NCBI RefSeq assembly: GCF_006345805.1
Contig: NC_043003.1
Span: 22,754,001 to 22,818,000, forward strand
From: Octopus sinensis
Lineage: Eukaryota
DNA: 64,000 nt
Direction: 5' to 3'
A program made the position numbers and the translations under genes. The notes beneath the pieces were generated by a model. The model saw only the letters and a list, made by a program, of their open reading frames with translations, was not told where the DNA came from and did no database searches. Below are positions 1-12,220 of this stretch, one piece after another (the stretch's first letter is position 1; each line of letters begins with the position of its first letter).

Positions 1-129
1 ATATATATATACGCATATGAATGTATGTAAATGTATATAAAAATATATATACATATATCTGTATATGTATCTATATATGTATGTATTTATGTGTGTGTGT
101 ATATCTATCTATCTATCTATCTATCTATC

Positions 130-751
130 CTTGTGGCTATGGCGAAAGAATGTATCTGGTGGACGCGTCTGAAAGGATTGGAGACAAACACTTTCCTCTC
201 TGGTCAATCTCTCATCAACTTCTTCAAGTACCACTTGAAAAGGAAGTGAGAGTAGAGAGGCAAGTTTTGTCTAGCGAATGTTTTAAAAAAAAGATGGGTG
301 AATGTAGCAAGAATGGCACGTATGAATGACGAAGCCACCTTGAGCATAGTCCTATGAACCCAGAAATCGAAAACAGAGAGTTGCTTATTTGCAAAAAAAA
401 AAAAAAAAAAAAGAAATATAAAATGTGACTTCATTGACCGAGGTTACCGTGGTCTTTTCCGCAGGCTTTTCTTTCCACGGTAAACTCACCTGTCCTCCCC
501 TTTACACTTCATATTGACATTTCTGTGATAACGATCCCTATTGATCATTTTTTTTCCTCCCCCCCCCCCTTTTTTTTTTTTTTTTTTAACCCCCCTTATT
601 TTTGTCCTCTTCTCTCCTTTTACGATCCCTTTTGATCGAACCTCCCCCTTCCCATTTTTTTTTTTTTTTTTTTTTAATACCTTCAAAAGAAAAGCTCTAC
701 CTTGTAATTTGTTCTATCTGTGTGCAGCCCTGTGTGGCTAATAAAGAAACA
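130..751 (+). mobile_element. 3' end fragment of a Tx1/L1-clade LINE (ORF2 C-terminus and 3' UTR) embedded in (TATC)n
   Basis: Translation LVAMAKECIWWTRLKGLETNTFLSGQSLINFFKYHLKRK matches the ORF2 C-terminus at 47267-47497 (LVAVAKEVVWWTRLKGLKSDTFLFGQGLINFFKFHLKRK). Ends cagccctgtgtggctaataaagaaaca. (TATC)n on both sides. Confidence 0.9.
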
Positions 752-778
752 TATCTATCTATCTATCTATCTATCTAT

Positions 779-838
<60 letters not shown>
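752..838. repeat. (TATC)n followed by (TA)n microsatellites
   Basis: Directly visible simple repeats. Confidence 0.95.
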
Positions 839-843
<5 letters not shown>

Positions 844-1443
844 TACTAACATAAATGAAATTTACACTTTGCTAAATGTCTCAAAAACTGCTTCTCGGAG
901 GAAATAAGGAAAGGTCACTGACCACTCACCATGTTACTTTAGAAATATCTTGATTGCAAGAAAAATGATGAATATTAATTCATACAAACATATTTGTATG
1001 TTCTGTGTATCAACATCTAAATGTTATTGATGTCTATCTAGCAAGTTACACACAGTAGGAAACAAGCTCCACCTGATACGTTTCCGCCAAATCACTTCGT
1101 ACTTTGGTTTCTCTCTGCTCAGCTAATAGACACGGCTAATGGTCTTGAGGAAAAACACAAACCTCACAACTAAATTTACAAGTTTGTTACCTTGTTGTTT
1201 GAGTCACACATTTCATAGTCTTTTGATAATAGTCTATATATATACATTGCTTGAACTGGTTATGTATAAACATGCAAGTCTCTCCTACTTGGATTTGCTG
1301 TTATGTCATAAAAGTATTGGGGGTTTAACGACCTTTTATTAACCGAGATCTTCTTAATTAGCATGGATTTATTTCTGTGACATTAATTCTCTGTATGGAC
1401 AGATGTACATTAATTCTCCCAAACAACTGCTTTTATTAATTTG

Positions 1444-1444
<1 letters not shown>

Positions 1445-1520
<76 letters not shown>

Positions 1521-1720
1521 CATGTATACATATATATATATATATACATACATACATATATTCATATATATATATACACACACACATACACACATGTATC
1601 TAAATGCATGTGTTTATCTATCTATCTATCTCTGTGTGTATATGTACTCACGCCCACACCACACACATAAATACACACACACACCATCATACATACATGC
1701 TTACATGCATACATACATAC
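1445..1720. repeat. (TA)n / (CA)n / (TACA)n compound microsatellite
   Basis: Directly visible. It explains the YIYI/HTHT ORFs. Confidence 0.95.
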
Positions 1721-2648
1721 TTAACATTACAGGCAATATACATTTGTATATATATATCGCCTGCAATATAAAATACAGCGAACCGTGTCGCACAAATTAT
1801 ACAAGAGTAGATAATCTATTTAAATCCAATATAGTATTTTTGTTTATAATGTATATGTTGATGTACAAAACACAGCCGTTAAGGGCGCCGAAATAAATGC
1901 TTTGTGATATATCTTTCGACTCTCCATTTTGAATATCAATTATGCCAAGGTTAGCTTCGTCTCTCATTCTTCCTGTGTCGGCAAAAATAAAATACCAGTC
2001 CAGTATTGGTATTAATGATATCAACTAACTTCCTATTCCTCAAAATCGCTATCCTTGTGGCTAAATCAGAAACCAATATTTAGATTTATATAAAACAATC
2101 GATATATAATAAAAAATAATCTATTAAAATCATAGAGTTTTGATACATTTTCTATTTACCAAATAGAAGAGCGCAGGAAAGAAAAAAACCTTTACACCTT
2201 GTTACTGTATATTATGCTCATTTCTATTTACGGTATATAATATTTGAGAGAGGGTTAAGATAGTTTATGAAATAGGAGCGTTCGAAAAGTTTGTTTCCAT
2301 TTCAATCTGAAAACTGACTAGTGTATTGGGATGTGCTTTATTGTGATTAAAATATCAGACACAGAGATTTAGATTCACAGACTTGCAACTGTTGCAATAT
2401 TGACTGGACGAATTGTTTTCCGAATACAATCAGGCCATTGATCTTTACTACGGTTTTTTTTTCTGTGAATTTATTTAGTTAATTTTAACTATTCAACCGC
2501 CTGTTTGTCTACATATCCATCAGATATATTGGTATCATTTCTATCTTATACCTTTAAGAAGTAATACTGTATATCATACAGAATATTCGTAAATTTGTAG
2601 TAATTAGCCGAAGACGCTGCACAGGTTGCAGGTAAGACAATAGGAAGC

Positions 2649-2707
2649 ATGGATGGATGGATGGATCTTGAGATCCATCCATCCATCCATCCATCCATCC
2701 ATCCATC

Positions 2708-2778
<71 letters not shown>

Positions 2779-2845
2779 CATCCATCCATCCATCAATCTA
2801 TCCATCCATCCATCCATTCATCAATCTATCCATCCATCCATCCAT
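2649..2845. repeat. (ATGG)n-(CCAT)n-(CTAT)n compound microsatellite; the (CCAT)n part is the likely RTE tail
   Basis: Visible repeats abutting the 3' end of the minus-strand RTE fragment. Confidence 0.9.
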
Positions 2846-3545
2846 TTCTATGCTCATTATTCATGGAAGAGTCGTTGGTGTAGAGTCCTCAGGCACATCC
2901 ACCGCAGGGTCGTATCAGAAGCAACCATCATTACTCCTTCCGGTTGGATCCCTAAGCGTGACCGACTGAGACAATATCATCCAGCCGTCTCGTTCTTGGT
3001 TAATTCCTTCGTCTCATGTCAGTTGGCTTGACTTGAAGAATCTGTCTTGCGATTTTTTACTGCAACATTCTAATCACATGTCCACAGTGCCAGAAAAATT
3101 CGAACTTCCAATGCTAGGTATTGGCTCCGTCTGGAGATACTCCAAGATCTCCAAGTTATGCCCCCTGTCGAGTAATTTTACTCCAGAGATCTTTCGGAGG
3201 AACTCCACTTCGGCTGCTTGGTAATCGCGATGGTACTCTTTTGATCATTACCCAACATTCATGACCATAGGTGAGAATAGAATTTTGAAGCTAGTGTATT
3301 ATTGTGTTAGCACCTGCAATTCTAGCATCCACCTCAGCCTCCTGCTTTTCATCACTCGTGAATATTTCATCGAAATACTTAAAGTTCTCTTAGTAATGTT
3401 CTACTAAGTAATGGTCTACTAACATGAAGAGTGTTAGTAATGGTCTACTAACATGCAGAGTGCATTCGAAACACTTTCCTAAAAAGACCGATGTCTCAGT
3501 ATTCACAACACTAAATCTCATCACTTCCTTACTATACTCGGCAAG
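2846..3545 (-). mobile_element. Decayed RTE-clade LINE 3' fragment (Rex3/Expander-like)
   Basis: Minus-strand translation with frameshifts: MRFSVVNTETSV, ENFKYF, LTYGHECWVMIKR, QAAEVEFLRKISGV. Ends in a (GATG)n tail as in Rex3-type RTEs. Confidence 0.8.
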
Positions 3546-4039
3546 ACAAAATTCTTAATAGTTTCTTACATTCTATGGCTTGCTTCACTTACACTCCTAT
3601 CTTAAACATAATGGGTGTGTGAAATAGGCCACTCAATCTTACCTCTAACACTTGGCCTCGATCTCATAAAATATTAAGATATTATTTCTTTACCACGTCT
3701 CTTGTGATTTTTACCACGAAAGAGATTTGTGAGTAAGTCTCACTTTCTGATTGATAGAGGTGTTTTTCGAATTGAATGAATAAATATTTTATGTATTCTT
3801 GAAGTATTTAGTTGTTTTACAATAGGAATGAATTCAATTTGCAACCAATTACACCGACGTGTAGTCTTTATAACCTTTGGTGTTTAGTAGTCTGTTATTG
3901 TTGCTGCTGTTTCAATAATTTAGTAGACTAAGCTTATAGATAACATCTACGAACGATTTTCTCATTGACGTTGTGTGTCAGATGCTCCACATTGCATGTT
4001 TTGTCAGATTCAATGATTTTATTTTATAGGGAGATTAGA

Positions 4040-5722
4040 TAGCGTGTTGGTATTGTCGTTAAAATATCAGGAAAATGCTTTGTGTTTCTTCTGCCTCTTT
4101 ATGTGCTGAGTTCAAATTCTGCCGAGGTCAGCATTGCTTTTCATCCTTTCAGGATCGATGAAGTAAGGTTAAACATTAGGGTGGATGGTTTCGACCCAAT
4201 GCTACTTTGAAAATTCCTGGCCTTGTGTTTAAATCAAACACCATAAAAAGTGGCGAGCTAGAAGAACTATTAAAGCGTTGAGAAAGTGCTTTGCAATGTT
4301 TATCGCAGCTCTTTAAGTTCTGAGTTCAAATGTTGCTCGGATCAACTTTGCTTTTTATCCCCCCGGAATCGTTAAAATAAATTACTAGTCAAGCAATGGG
4401 GTCGATAGAATCGATTAAATCCTCCCCTAAATTTTGCTGGTCTTGTTTCTAAATCAGAAACCATTATTTTATAAGGAGATTCAGGCAGCGAGCTGGCAGA
4501 ATCGCTAGAGCGTATAATATAATATTTAGCAGCATTTGCTCTGACTCGTTATATTATGGGTTCGAATCCGACCAAGGTCAACTTTGCCTTTCATCCTCTC
4601 GGAGTCGATGAAATGAAATATTGGTAAAAACAACCGGTGTCAATGTAATCAATTAAGCCCTTCCCCTCAAAATTGAAGGCCTATCAATATCTATAAAGCT
4701 GAAATGCGAAAAAGGTGTTTGATTTCTTGGTTATTTGTCTCATTTTAGGATGGGAACGGTTTAAGAGGCGGTAGATGGGGTCGGATTGACGCCAAAATTT
4801 ACAATGGGGGTAAAATGGGGTGGGTAATGGTGTGAGGAGGGTTGCAAGTCGCTCGGGGCTACTGTTTGGTCAAAATAGCTAGTCATTTTATAACGAGAAA
4901 TCGGGTTATGAGTTTTAGGAAGCGGTAGGGCACTGGATTATACGTGCTGTATTGCATCCATTTATATTTTGAGTTTAAAATTTCACCGAAATTAACTTTG
5001 CCTTTCGCCTTTTTGGGGCCCATAAAAATAAAAAAAATTTGAAACTCTTGGAGTCGATGTGAATAATTGCAAAGCTCTCCTTAAAATATCTGTGCCTTTG
5101 TATCTTCAGTGGAAACTTTTATTTTATAAGCATAGGGGAGTAAGCAGAGAGGATAAATCAGACAACACAAACGCTTGCAGCATTTAGGAAAAACATTTTC
5201 ATTTTCGATCTTTCCTAGATCGACTTTAACTTTTATGATTCTGTAGCCAATAAAATAAGTACCAGTAATATATTGGTCTTCGATATAATTGACCGCACAC
5301 AGCCTCCAGAATGTCAATGTTAAAATTTACATTATCAATATATAGTATATACCAAGGTGATGTGGCAGAATCGTTAGAGCGTTGTTGAACAAAATGTCTT
5401 GTAATATTGCTTAGATACTCAACCGAGGTCAACTTTGCATTTCATTCTTTCGTGGACGATAAATCAAAGTACCAGTTAAGTACTGAAGTCAACATAATCG
5501 ACTATTTCCCTGTTCCCCTCAAAATCGTCGTCTTTTTTTGCCTATATTGGTTACGAATTTTGGCACAAGGTCCTACTGCTCAACTGGTAATTATTTTACC
5601 GACCCCGAAAGGAAGGAAGGCAAAGTCGAACTCAGCGGCATTTGAACTCAAAACGTAAAAACGGACGAAATGTCGCTAAGCATTTTACCCGGCGTGCTAA
5701 CATTTCTGCCAGCTCGCCGCCT
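4040..5722. mobile_element. Cluster of about 7 family-B SINE copies, mostly head-to-tail on +, two on -
   Basis: Repeated ggcgagctggcagaatcgttag (A box), gagttcaaattccgccgaggtc (B box), ctttgcctttcatcctttcggggtcgataaaataagtaccag and tail ccttgtg..aaat..gaaaccattatt. Confidence 0.85.
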
Positions 5723-5769
5723 TCTTTTTATTAAAGACAATATGCAATATAAAATAATGCAGAATGCAT

Positions 5770-6490
5770 CTTTTATCTTTTACTTGTTTCAATCAATGGA
5801 CTGTGGCCATGCTGGGGCACCGACTTGAAAGGGTTTAATCGAATAAGTTAACCCCAGTACTTATTTTTTAAGCCTGGTACATATTCTCTTGTCATCTTTC
5901 GCTGAACTGCTAGGTTACAAGGACGTTAACGAACCAACAACGATTGTCAAGCGGCTGGAGGCGGGACAGACACAAAGGCATACACACATACACACATACA
6001 TGCATACATACATATATACATACATACATACATACTCATACCCGACCACCCAGGACACACACACATGCACACATATGCACACACAAACATACAGGTTTCC
6101 ACAGATTCACTTACATGACACTATAAAATATGTTCCTTCTCGAGCCATGCCAGGCTCATAAGGGGCGGTTTCCCGGTTTCAGTGGCGTACAAATTTCCCA
6201 CCTGGACAGGACGCCGGTCCGTCGCAGGATTACTCATTTTTGCCAGCTGAGTGGACTGGAGCAACGTGAAATGAAGTGTTTTGCTCAAGAACACAACGCA
6301 TCGCCCAGTCCAGGAATCGAAACCACAACCTTACGTTCATGTGTTCAACACACTAACCACTAAGCTACGCGACTCCACTTACATGGCACTGGTCGGCCTG
6401 GGGTTGTAATATAAGGCGCAGAGTGCCTCCAAGCGGGACTGTACCGGAAAATACATGGCTGCAAAGCGAGCTTCTTAACCGCATAACTAC
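5770..6490 (-). mobile_element. Diverged family-A SINE interrupted by a nested family-C SINE
   Basis: Reverse complement of the family-A tail (ttttacttgtttc..ggccatgctggggcacc) and head (..gcttcttaacc). Confidence 0.8.
6123..6375 (-). mobile_element. Family-C tRNA-derived SINE with 15-bp TSD
   Basis: Minus strand: tagcttagtggttag (A box), ggtttcgattcc (B box), CORE-like ttgtgttcttgagcaaaacacttc. TSD cacttacatg(a/g)cact at 6108-6122 and 6376-6390. Confidence 0.85.
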
Positions 6491-7569
6491 ACTTTTCTTT
6501 ACGTAAAGCCGGAAACAAATGGAGCGTATTAATTATTTTAGAAAAAGAAAAAAAACCGTAGCTTTATATTCATGTCTTTCTCATACATCTGTCTCAACCT
6601 TTTCCATCGTTGTAAAGAAAAACAAGAACAAAAATTTGTAGGAATTTGATTCACAGTAGTAAAGTTACACATTATATACAGTAATGCCACTTGACAGCTT
6701 CTAATTTATTTGGAGAGAAATTTCATCCAGGAAGTCAGATGAGTAAGATTTTACATAAAATCCACTTTTAATAGTAGTAAGCAATCCTATTTTAGTTGCT
6801 GCAGTTAATAATAAATGAATGGTGTATTAAGATTAGCAAAAGACAAATAGTTTTGAAAATCTCATTTCTTTATGTTTGTACGAATGTTGCTGAAACTGGA
6901 ATAGGAAATAAGGTGTAGATAAGCATGGATCAGAAGAGATTAAGCCGAGGTTATTACAGGCAGAATAATCTTCACATTGAAATATTTTTTGACATAGAAC
7001 GTTAAAATTTATGTATTGTAGGATCGACCTTCATAACCAGGAGAATGAGGCATCTGTAATCTTTGAGTGATCATGAATCTATGCATAGAAGGACTTGTTT
7101 TCGTTTCGTTTGCATAGTAGCGGTTGCTGTGATTACAGAGACCCACGAATAATCTTGAAGGTGCTGTCTGCCAGACTTGTCGAATTTGCATTCCAGCGAA
7201 GTACAGCCTCTCCGCTCGTCCTTTTAAGATTTTGTCTCGTACAGGGATTGAAATTCATATTGATTACTCTAGTTCATTGACTTTCGACCAATAGTTATCA
7301 TCTTGTAACACGCGAGAACCATCTACGCGATCATTTTCTTACTAGAAACAGCAGACACATTTCCCTCAAAGTGCACCTTGCTATCTTATGTAAGTACAAA
7401 CATATTAGATAAGCCAAGGTGTCATTAATTAAACGGAGTGATCATGGCTGGAATAGGTTTGATCATATGTTTTCTTATTCAGAGTTGACCTGGGGTTAAA
7501 CGACAACAATGTGTCGCCTTATGATCTACCCATGTGTTATTCTCACAATTCCACCCCTCCTCTCGCACG

Positions 7570-7575
7570 CACACA

Positions 7576-7606
<31 letters not shown>

Positions 7607-7638
7607 GTACACACACACACACAACACACACACACACA

Positions 7639-7669
<31 letters not shown>

Positions 7670-7674
7670 CGTAC

Positions 7675-7709
<35 letters not shown>

Positions 7710-7715
7710 CACACA
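7570..7715. repeat. (CA)n microsatellite
   Basis: Directly visible. Confidence 0.95.
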
Positions 7716-7835
7716 TATACACAACTTGTAAACTGTATAATCGGCGCCTTCAGAAAACGTAATTCTCTGGAAAAGGTTGCTGCCCCAAAATTTCAGACAC
7801 TTACTCGTCCTGACAGAAAAATGAAAATCAATATC

Positions 7836-8170
7836 CAGCTCGTCGTCGATTTACGACCTATCCTACTTACAACATATCCGACTTACGACCGACCGACTTC
7901 AGAACGATTGGAGCGCCAACTCCCGGCAGCAATAATATATAGTTCAGTTGATTAACCCGTCTACGGATGACACGCTTACCCTAGGTTTGGTTTTCGATCG
8001 CCACTGTGATTATCCCAAGTGTTGAATAAATATCCTGTCGCGGAGACATCGAAGCAACCTCATATTTGGCTACTAAACGACTGCTTGAGACTCCGAACAA
8101 ATGACACGACCATATCGACTTACGACCAATGAATCGGAACCAGTTGTTGTCGTAAGTCGACGACGACCTG
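7836..8170. mobile_element. pogo/Tigger-like MITE
   Basis: TIRs cagctcgtcgtcgatttacgac and gtcgtaagtcgacgacgacctg (2 mismatches in 22 bp). TA on the right side. Internal cgacttacgac repeats. Confidence 0.8.
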
Positions 8171-8776
8171 TATTTCACACTTGAGCTCTTTACACATACG
8201 AAATATCAACGTTTTTCTTTAATAGTTTTCTCCCAGAAATTTTGTATGAAGTATTCTTGTTAGGATAAACGAAACGAACAGATGCAAACGTAATAATAGA
8301 ACTGCGGTATGATGCGATAGGAAAACTCCTAGATTGGTATTTGTGTATCTTAATTATAGAGCAGCCGCGAACCAATTTTACAGTGTGTTGACATTCAAAT
8401 CTAATAGAATATAGACTGTACTACATAATTAAACATACACTGATCTAATGAGCGCTATACGCTTCCCGACATAATTCAAATTAGCTTTAATTTAGAACCA
8501 TAAACAACCAGATCTCTATAACAATATTTCTTCGCCTTGAGTTGCATTCATGTGCGATTACTTAGCCGACTTCTTAGAAGAGAAACAGCTTGCTTTATAA
8601 GAACGTTGAAATACAAAGAGACAGGAAAAAAGAGAGATAAGAAAAGTAAAAAAAGACAAGGTAAAGAAAATGGTGGTGAGGATAATGCAGCGGAAGATGG
8701 AAGGGGAGGAGGCGATGGGGCTCACATTCCAGAGCAAGTGGAGTGCAGAAACGCGCCCCGAGTTTCAAATTTTCCA

Positions 8777-8965
8777 ATGGTTCCAAATTTTGGCACAAGG
8801 CCAGCAATGTCAGGAGAGAGGTTAGTAATAATAATGGTTCCAAATTTTGGCACAAAGCCAGCAATTTCAGGAGAGGGGGTAGTAATAATTATAATGGATA
8901 CAAATTTTAGCACAAGGCCAGAAATTTCAGGAGAGGGGGTAGTAATAATGATAATGGTTCCAAAT
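8777..8965. repeat. Minisatellite of about 3.2 x 57-60 bp derived from the family-B SINE tail
   Basis: Units start at 8777, 8834, 8894 and 8954 (atggttccaaattttggcacaaggccagcaat...). Their reverse complement matches the SINE-B tail gctggccttgtgccaaaatttg..accattatt. Confidence 0.85.
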
Positions 8966-9450
8966 GATCACGATGGCGTTGCTGCGGAGACTGGACAGTG
9001 ACACTCTCTGCAGCAGACACTCCACATCGCGGGGGTAATTTCTCTGACTTGCGTTATTGGTTTCATGTATTCTTACGTTTCTAACAGGTTGATTCTCTCC
9101 TGCGTGACTGAGAAAGTTTTCTCGTTTAGACTCTGCGATTGCAAATACCAAAAATACAAAGCTGACATACGCATACGATTCACAATCTTAATCTGATCCG
9201 TACGTATTACGTAACCCAGTGCTAGAACTTGTATCAAAACAAAATCACTTGTCATAACAGTGATCCAAATCAAAGTATAAACGAAACTTTTTACATGCTT
9301 ATTTTATTTTAGTCCTGTTTTTAGTTAAGACAAAGAAACAGTGTTGAGCCAATAAACAAGCAAATGGAGATGCAAACAAGATGACTGCTCTTTGACCACA
9401 CACACACAAACACACACATACACACACACAGACAGACACACACACAATAT

Positions 9451-9854
9451 TACTCTTTTACTTGTTTCAATCATTTGACTGTGGCCGTGCTGGAGCATCG
9501 CCTTTAGTCGAGCAAATCGACCCCAGGACTTTTCTTTGTAAGGCTAGTAGTTATTCTATCGGTCTATTTTGCCGAACCGCTAAGTTACGGGGACGTAAGC
9601 ACACCATCATCGGTTGTGAAGCGATGTTGGAGGGACAAACACAGACACACAAACATATACACACATACATATATACATATATACATATATACGAAGGGCT
9701 TCTTTCAGTTTCCGTCTACTAAATCTACTCACAAGGCTTTGGTTAGCCCAAGGCTATAGTAGAAGACAATTGCCCAAGGTGTCACGCTGTGAGACTGAAC
9801 CCGGAACCATGTGGTTGGTAAGTAAGCTACTTACCTCACAGCTCCTCCTGCACC
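9451..9854 (-). mobile_element. Family-A SINE (tRNA-like head, CORE-like segment, internal microsatellite)
   Basis: Full-length reverse-complement match to the copies at 15962 and 18554. Confidence 0.9.
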
Positions 9855-10544
9855 TTGTATATATATGTATACAAATGCAAATATGCATGTAAATATACAT
9901 GCAGACATGCACACACACACGAACACACACATGCGCGCACACGCATACGCACACTAACACACACTTACATGGATGTATATTTTTATGCACTGACTTGAGA
10001 AGTGAAACTTTTGATTCAATACGGTTCTTTAACGCTAAGAACACCAAACACAGGATTACAAAACTAAAGCTAAGAATAAATAAAATATATAAAATCCGTG
10101 ATAATTTTTTGCATTCTACATGAGAACATTTATCAATATTTGTTCTGATTTGTTTATCAATATCCTCAATACATTCTTTTCCTACATGTACACACCCAAC
10201 ATCTGTCGTTACTACCAAATCCGGTTGTAGTTCGCCGTCGACTAAACCACTTCAAGTAAGACTGCAGCTGAACTGTGTTATATTTTAGTCAATTTCTTAC
10301 ATCTGACGTCACAGTGTTTCCTGTCACTATAAATTTCTTCAAAGCGCATGCGTTCATAATTGATTGAACTACTTAGAAACTGAGAATTCAAATAAAATAT
10401 GTACATTCAAACGGATTTTTCTTTCAAAGTAAGATGTTTTTAGGAAAATACAATCTATGATGTTGTTACTTTGACCATATCCAATATTTTCATTAATCTC
10501 TAAGGATCAAAGACAGAAAATGTTATTATTATGCGACAATTGTT

Positions 10545-10990
10545 TCTAACACAGGCTCAAGCACAATATCTCAAATTTAGAGGAGTTGGGGAATATTTGG
10601 TTATATTGACCCCGGTACTTCATTAGTGTTTAATTTTAACGATCTTAGAAGGATGAAAGGCAAAGCTGACCCGGGCAAGATTTGAAAGTAGAACGTAAAG
10701 GGCAGGAATATATACTGCACTGCAAGGCATTTAGTCCAACACTAACGATTCTAAATGATTATTTTTAATATAATCTCAAGGCAAAGTGTAGAGCTGACAG
10801 AATCTTTAGCGCGTCGGGCAAAATGCTCACCGGTATTTCGTCAGTCTTTACGTTGAGTTTGAATGCCGCCGGGGTCGAATTTCCGTTTAGGGGTTGATAA
10901 AATAAGTACCTTTCGAACATTGGAGTCGATGCAATTTACTTTCCTCTTCCAAAACTTGCTGATCTTGTGCGAAAATTTGAAATCAGTATT
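10545..10990. mobile_element. Two diverged family-B SINEs (- then +)
   Basis: gaaggatgaaaggcaaag on the first copy; cagaatctttagcgcgtcgggcaaaatgc...gataaaataagtacc on the second. Confidence 0.7.
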
Positions 10991-11156
10991 GGTATTGAAA
11001 TCACAGTGGTAAGCTTCAAAGGACTACACAGAATAGAATTAGATGCTAAGTATTGCATTTAAAAATTTCCCTCTTTCATGGTTTCCCCTGTGGGTTAAGT
11101 TGCCGCTCATGAAGTAATGTTAGATGAAAATAAATGTGGTACAATTAGTATATTTG

Positions 11157-11577
11157 GGTTGCACGAGTGGCTGTGTGGTAAGTAGCTTGCTTACCAACCA
11201 CATGGATCCGGGTTCATTCCCACTGCGTGGCACCTTGGGCAAGTATCTTCTACTATAGCCGCGGGCTGACTAAAGCCTTGTGAGTGGATTTGGTAGACGG
11301 AAACTGAAAAAAGCCCATCGTAAATATGTACATATATATATGTATCTATGTGTGTGTATATGTTTGTGTGTCTGTGTATGTCCCTCCAACATCGCTTCAC
11401 AACCGATGATTGTGGGATTACATCCCCGTAACTTAGCGGTTTGGCAAAAGAGATCGATAGAATAAGTACTAGGCTTACAAAAGAATAAGTCCTAGGGCGA
11501 TTTGCTCGACTAAAGTCGGTGCTCCAGCATGTACACAGTCAAATGACTGAAACAAGTAAAAGAGTAAAAGAGAGAGT
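11157..11577 (+). mobile_element. Family-A SINE
   Basis: gagtggctgtgtggtaagtagcttgc...gggttcattcccactgcgtggcaccttgggcaagt...aaatgactgaaacaagtaaaagag. The ccttgggcaagt motif resembles the CORE-SINE core. Confidence 0.9.
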
Positions 11578-11619
11578 ATAGACTATACTAAATTGAATAA
11601 GTTCAGTATGCTCGTATGA

Positions 11620-12220
<601 letters not shown>

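Noticed and set aside
4741-4930. G-rich patch with G-quadruplex-like runs
   Set aside because: Runs are irregular and no structure or homology is evident. It may be low-quality consensus within a SINE cluster.
7009-7230. Minus-strand open frame in unique-looking sequence (..MITQRLQMPHSPGYEGRSY)
   Set aside because: No recognisable domain and only a weak splice acceptor.
8537-9001. 154-aa ORF with repeated MVPNFGT.PA.SGE motif
   Set aside because: The repeat units are the reverse complement of the SINE-B tail. The frame stays open only because the units are 57/60 bp.
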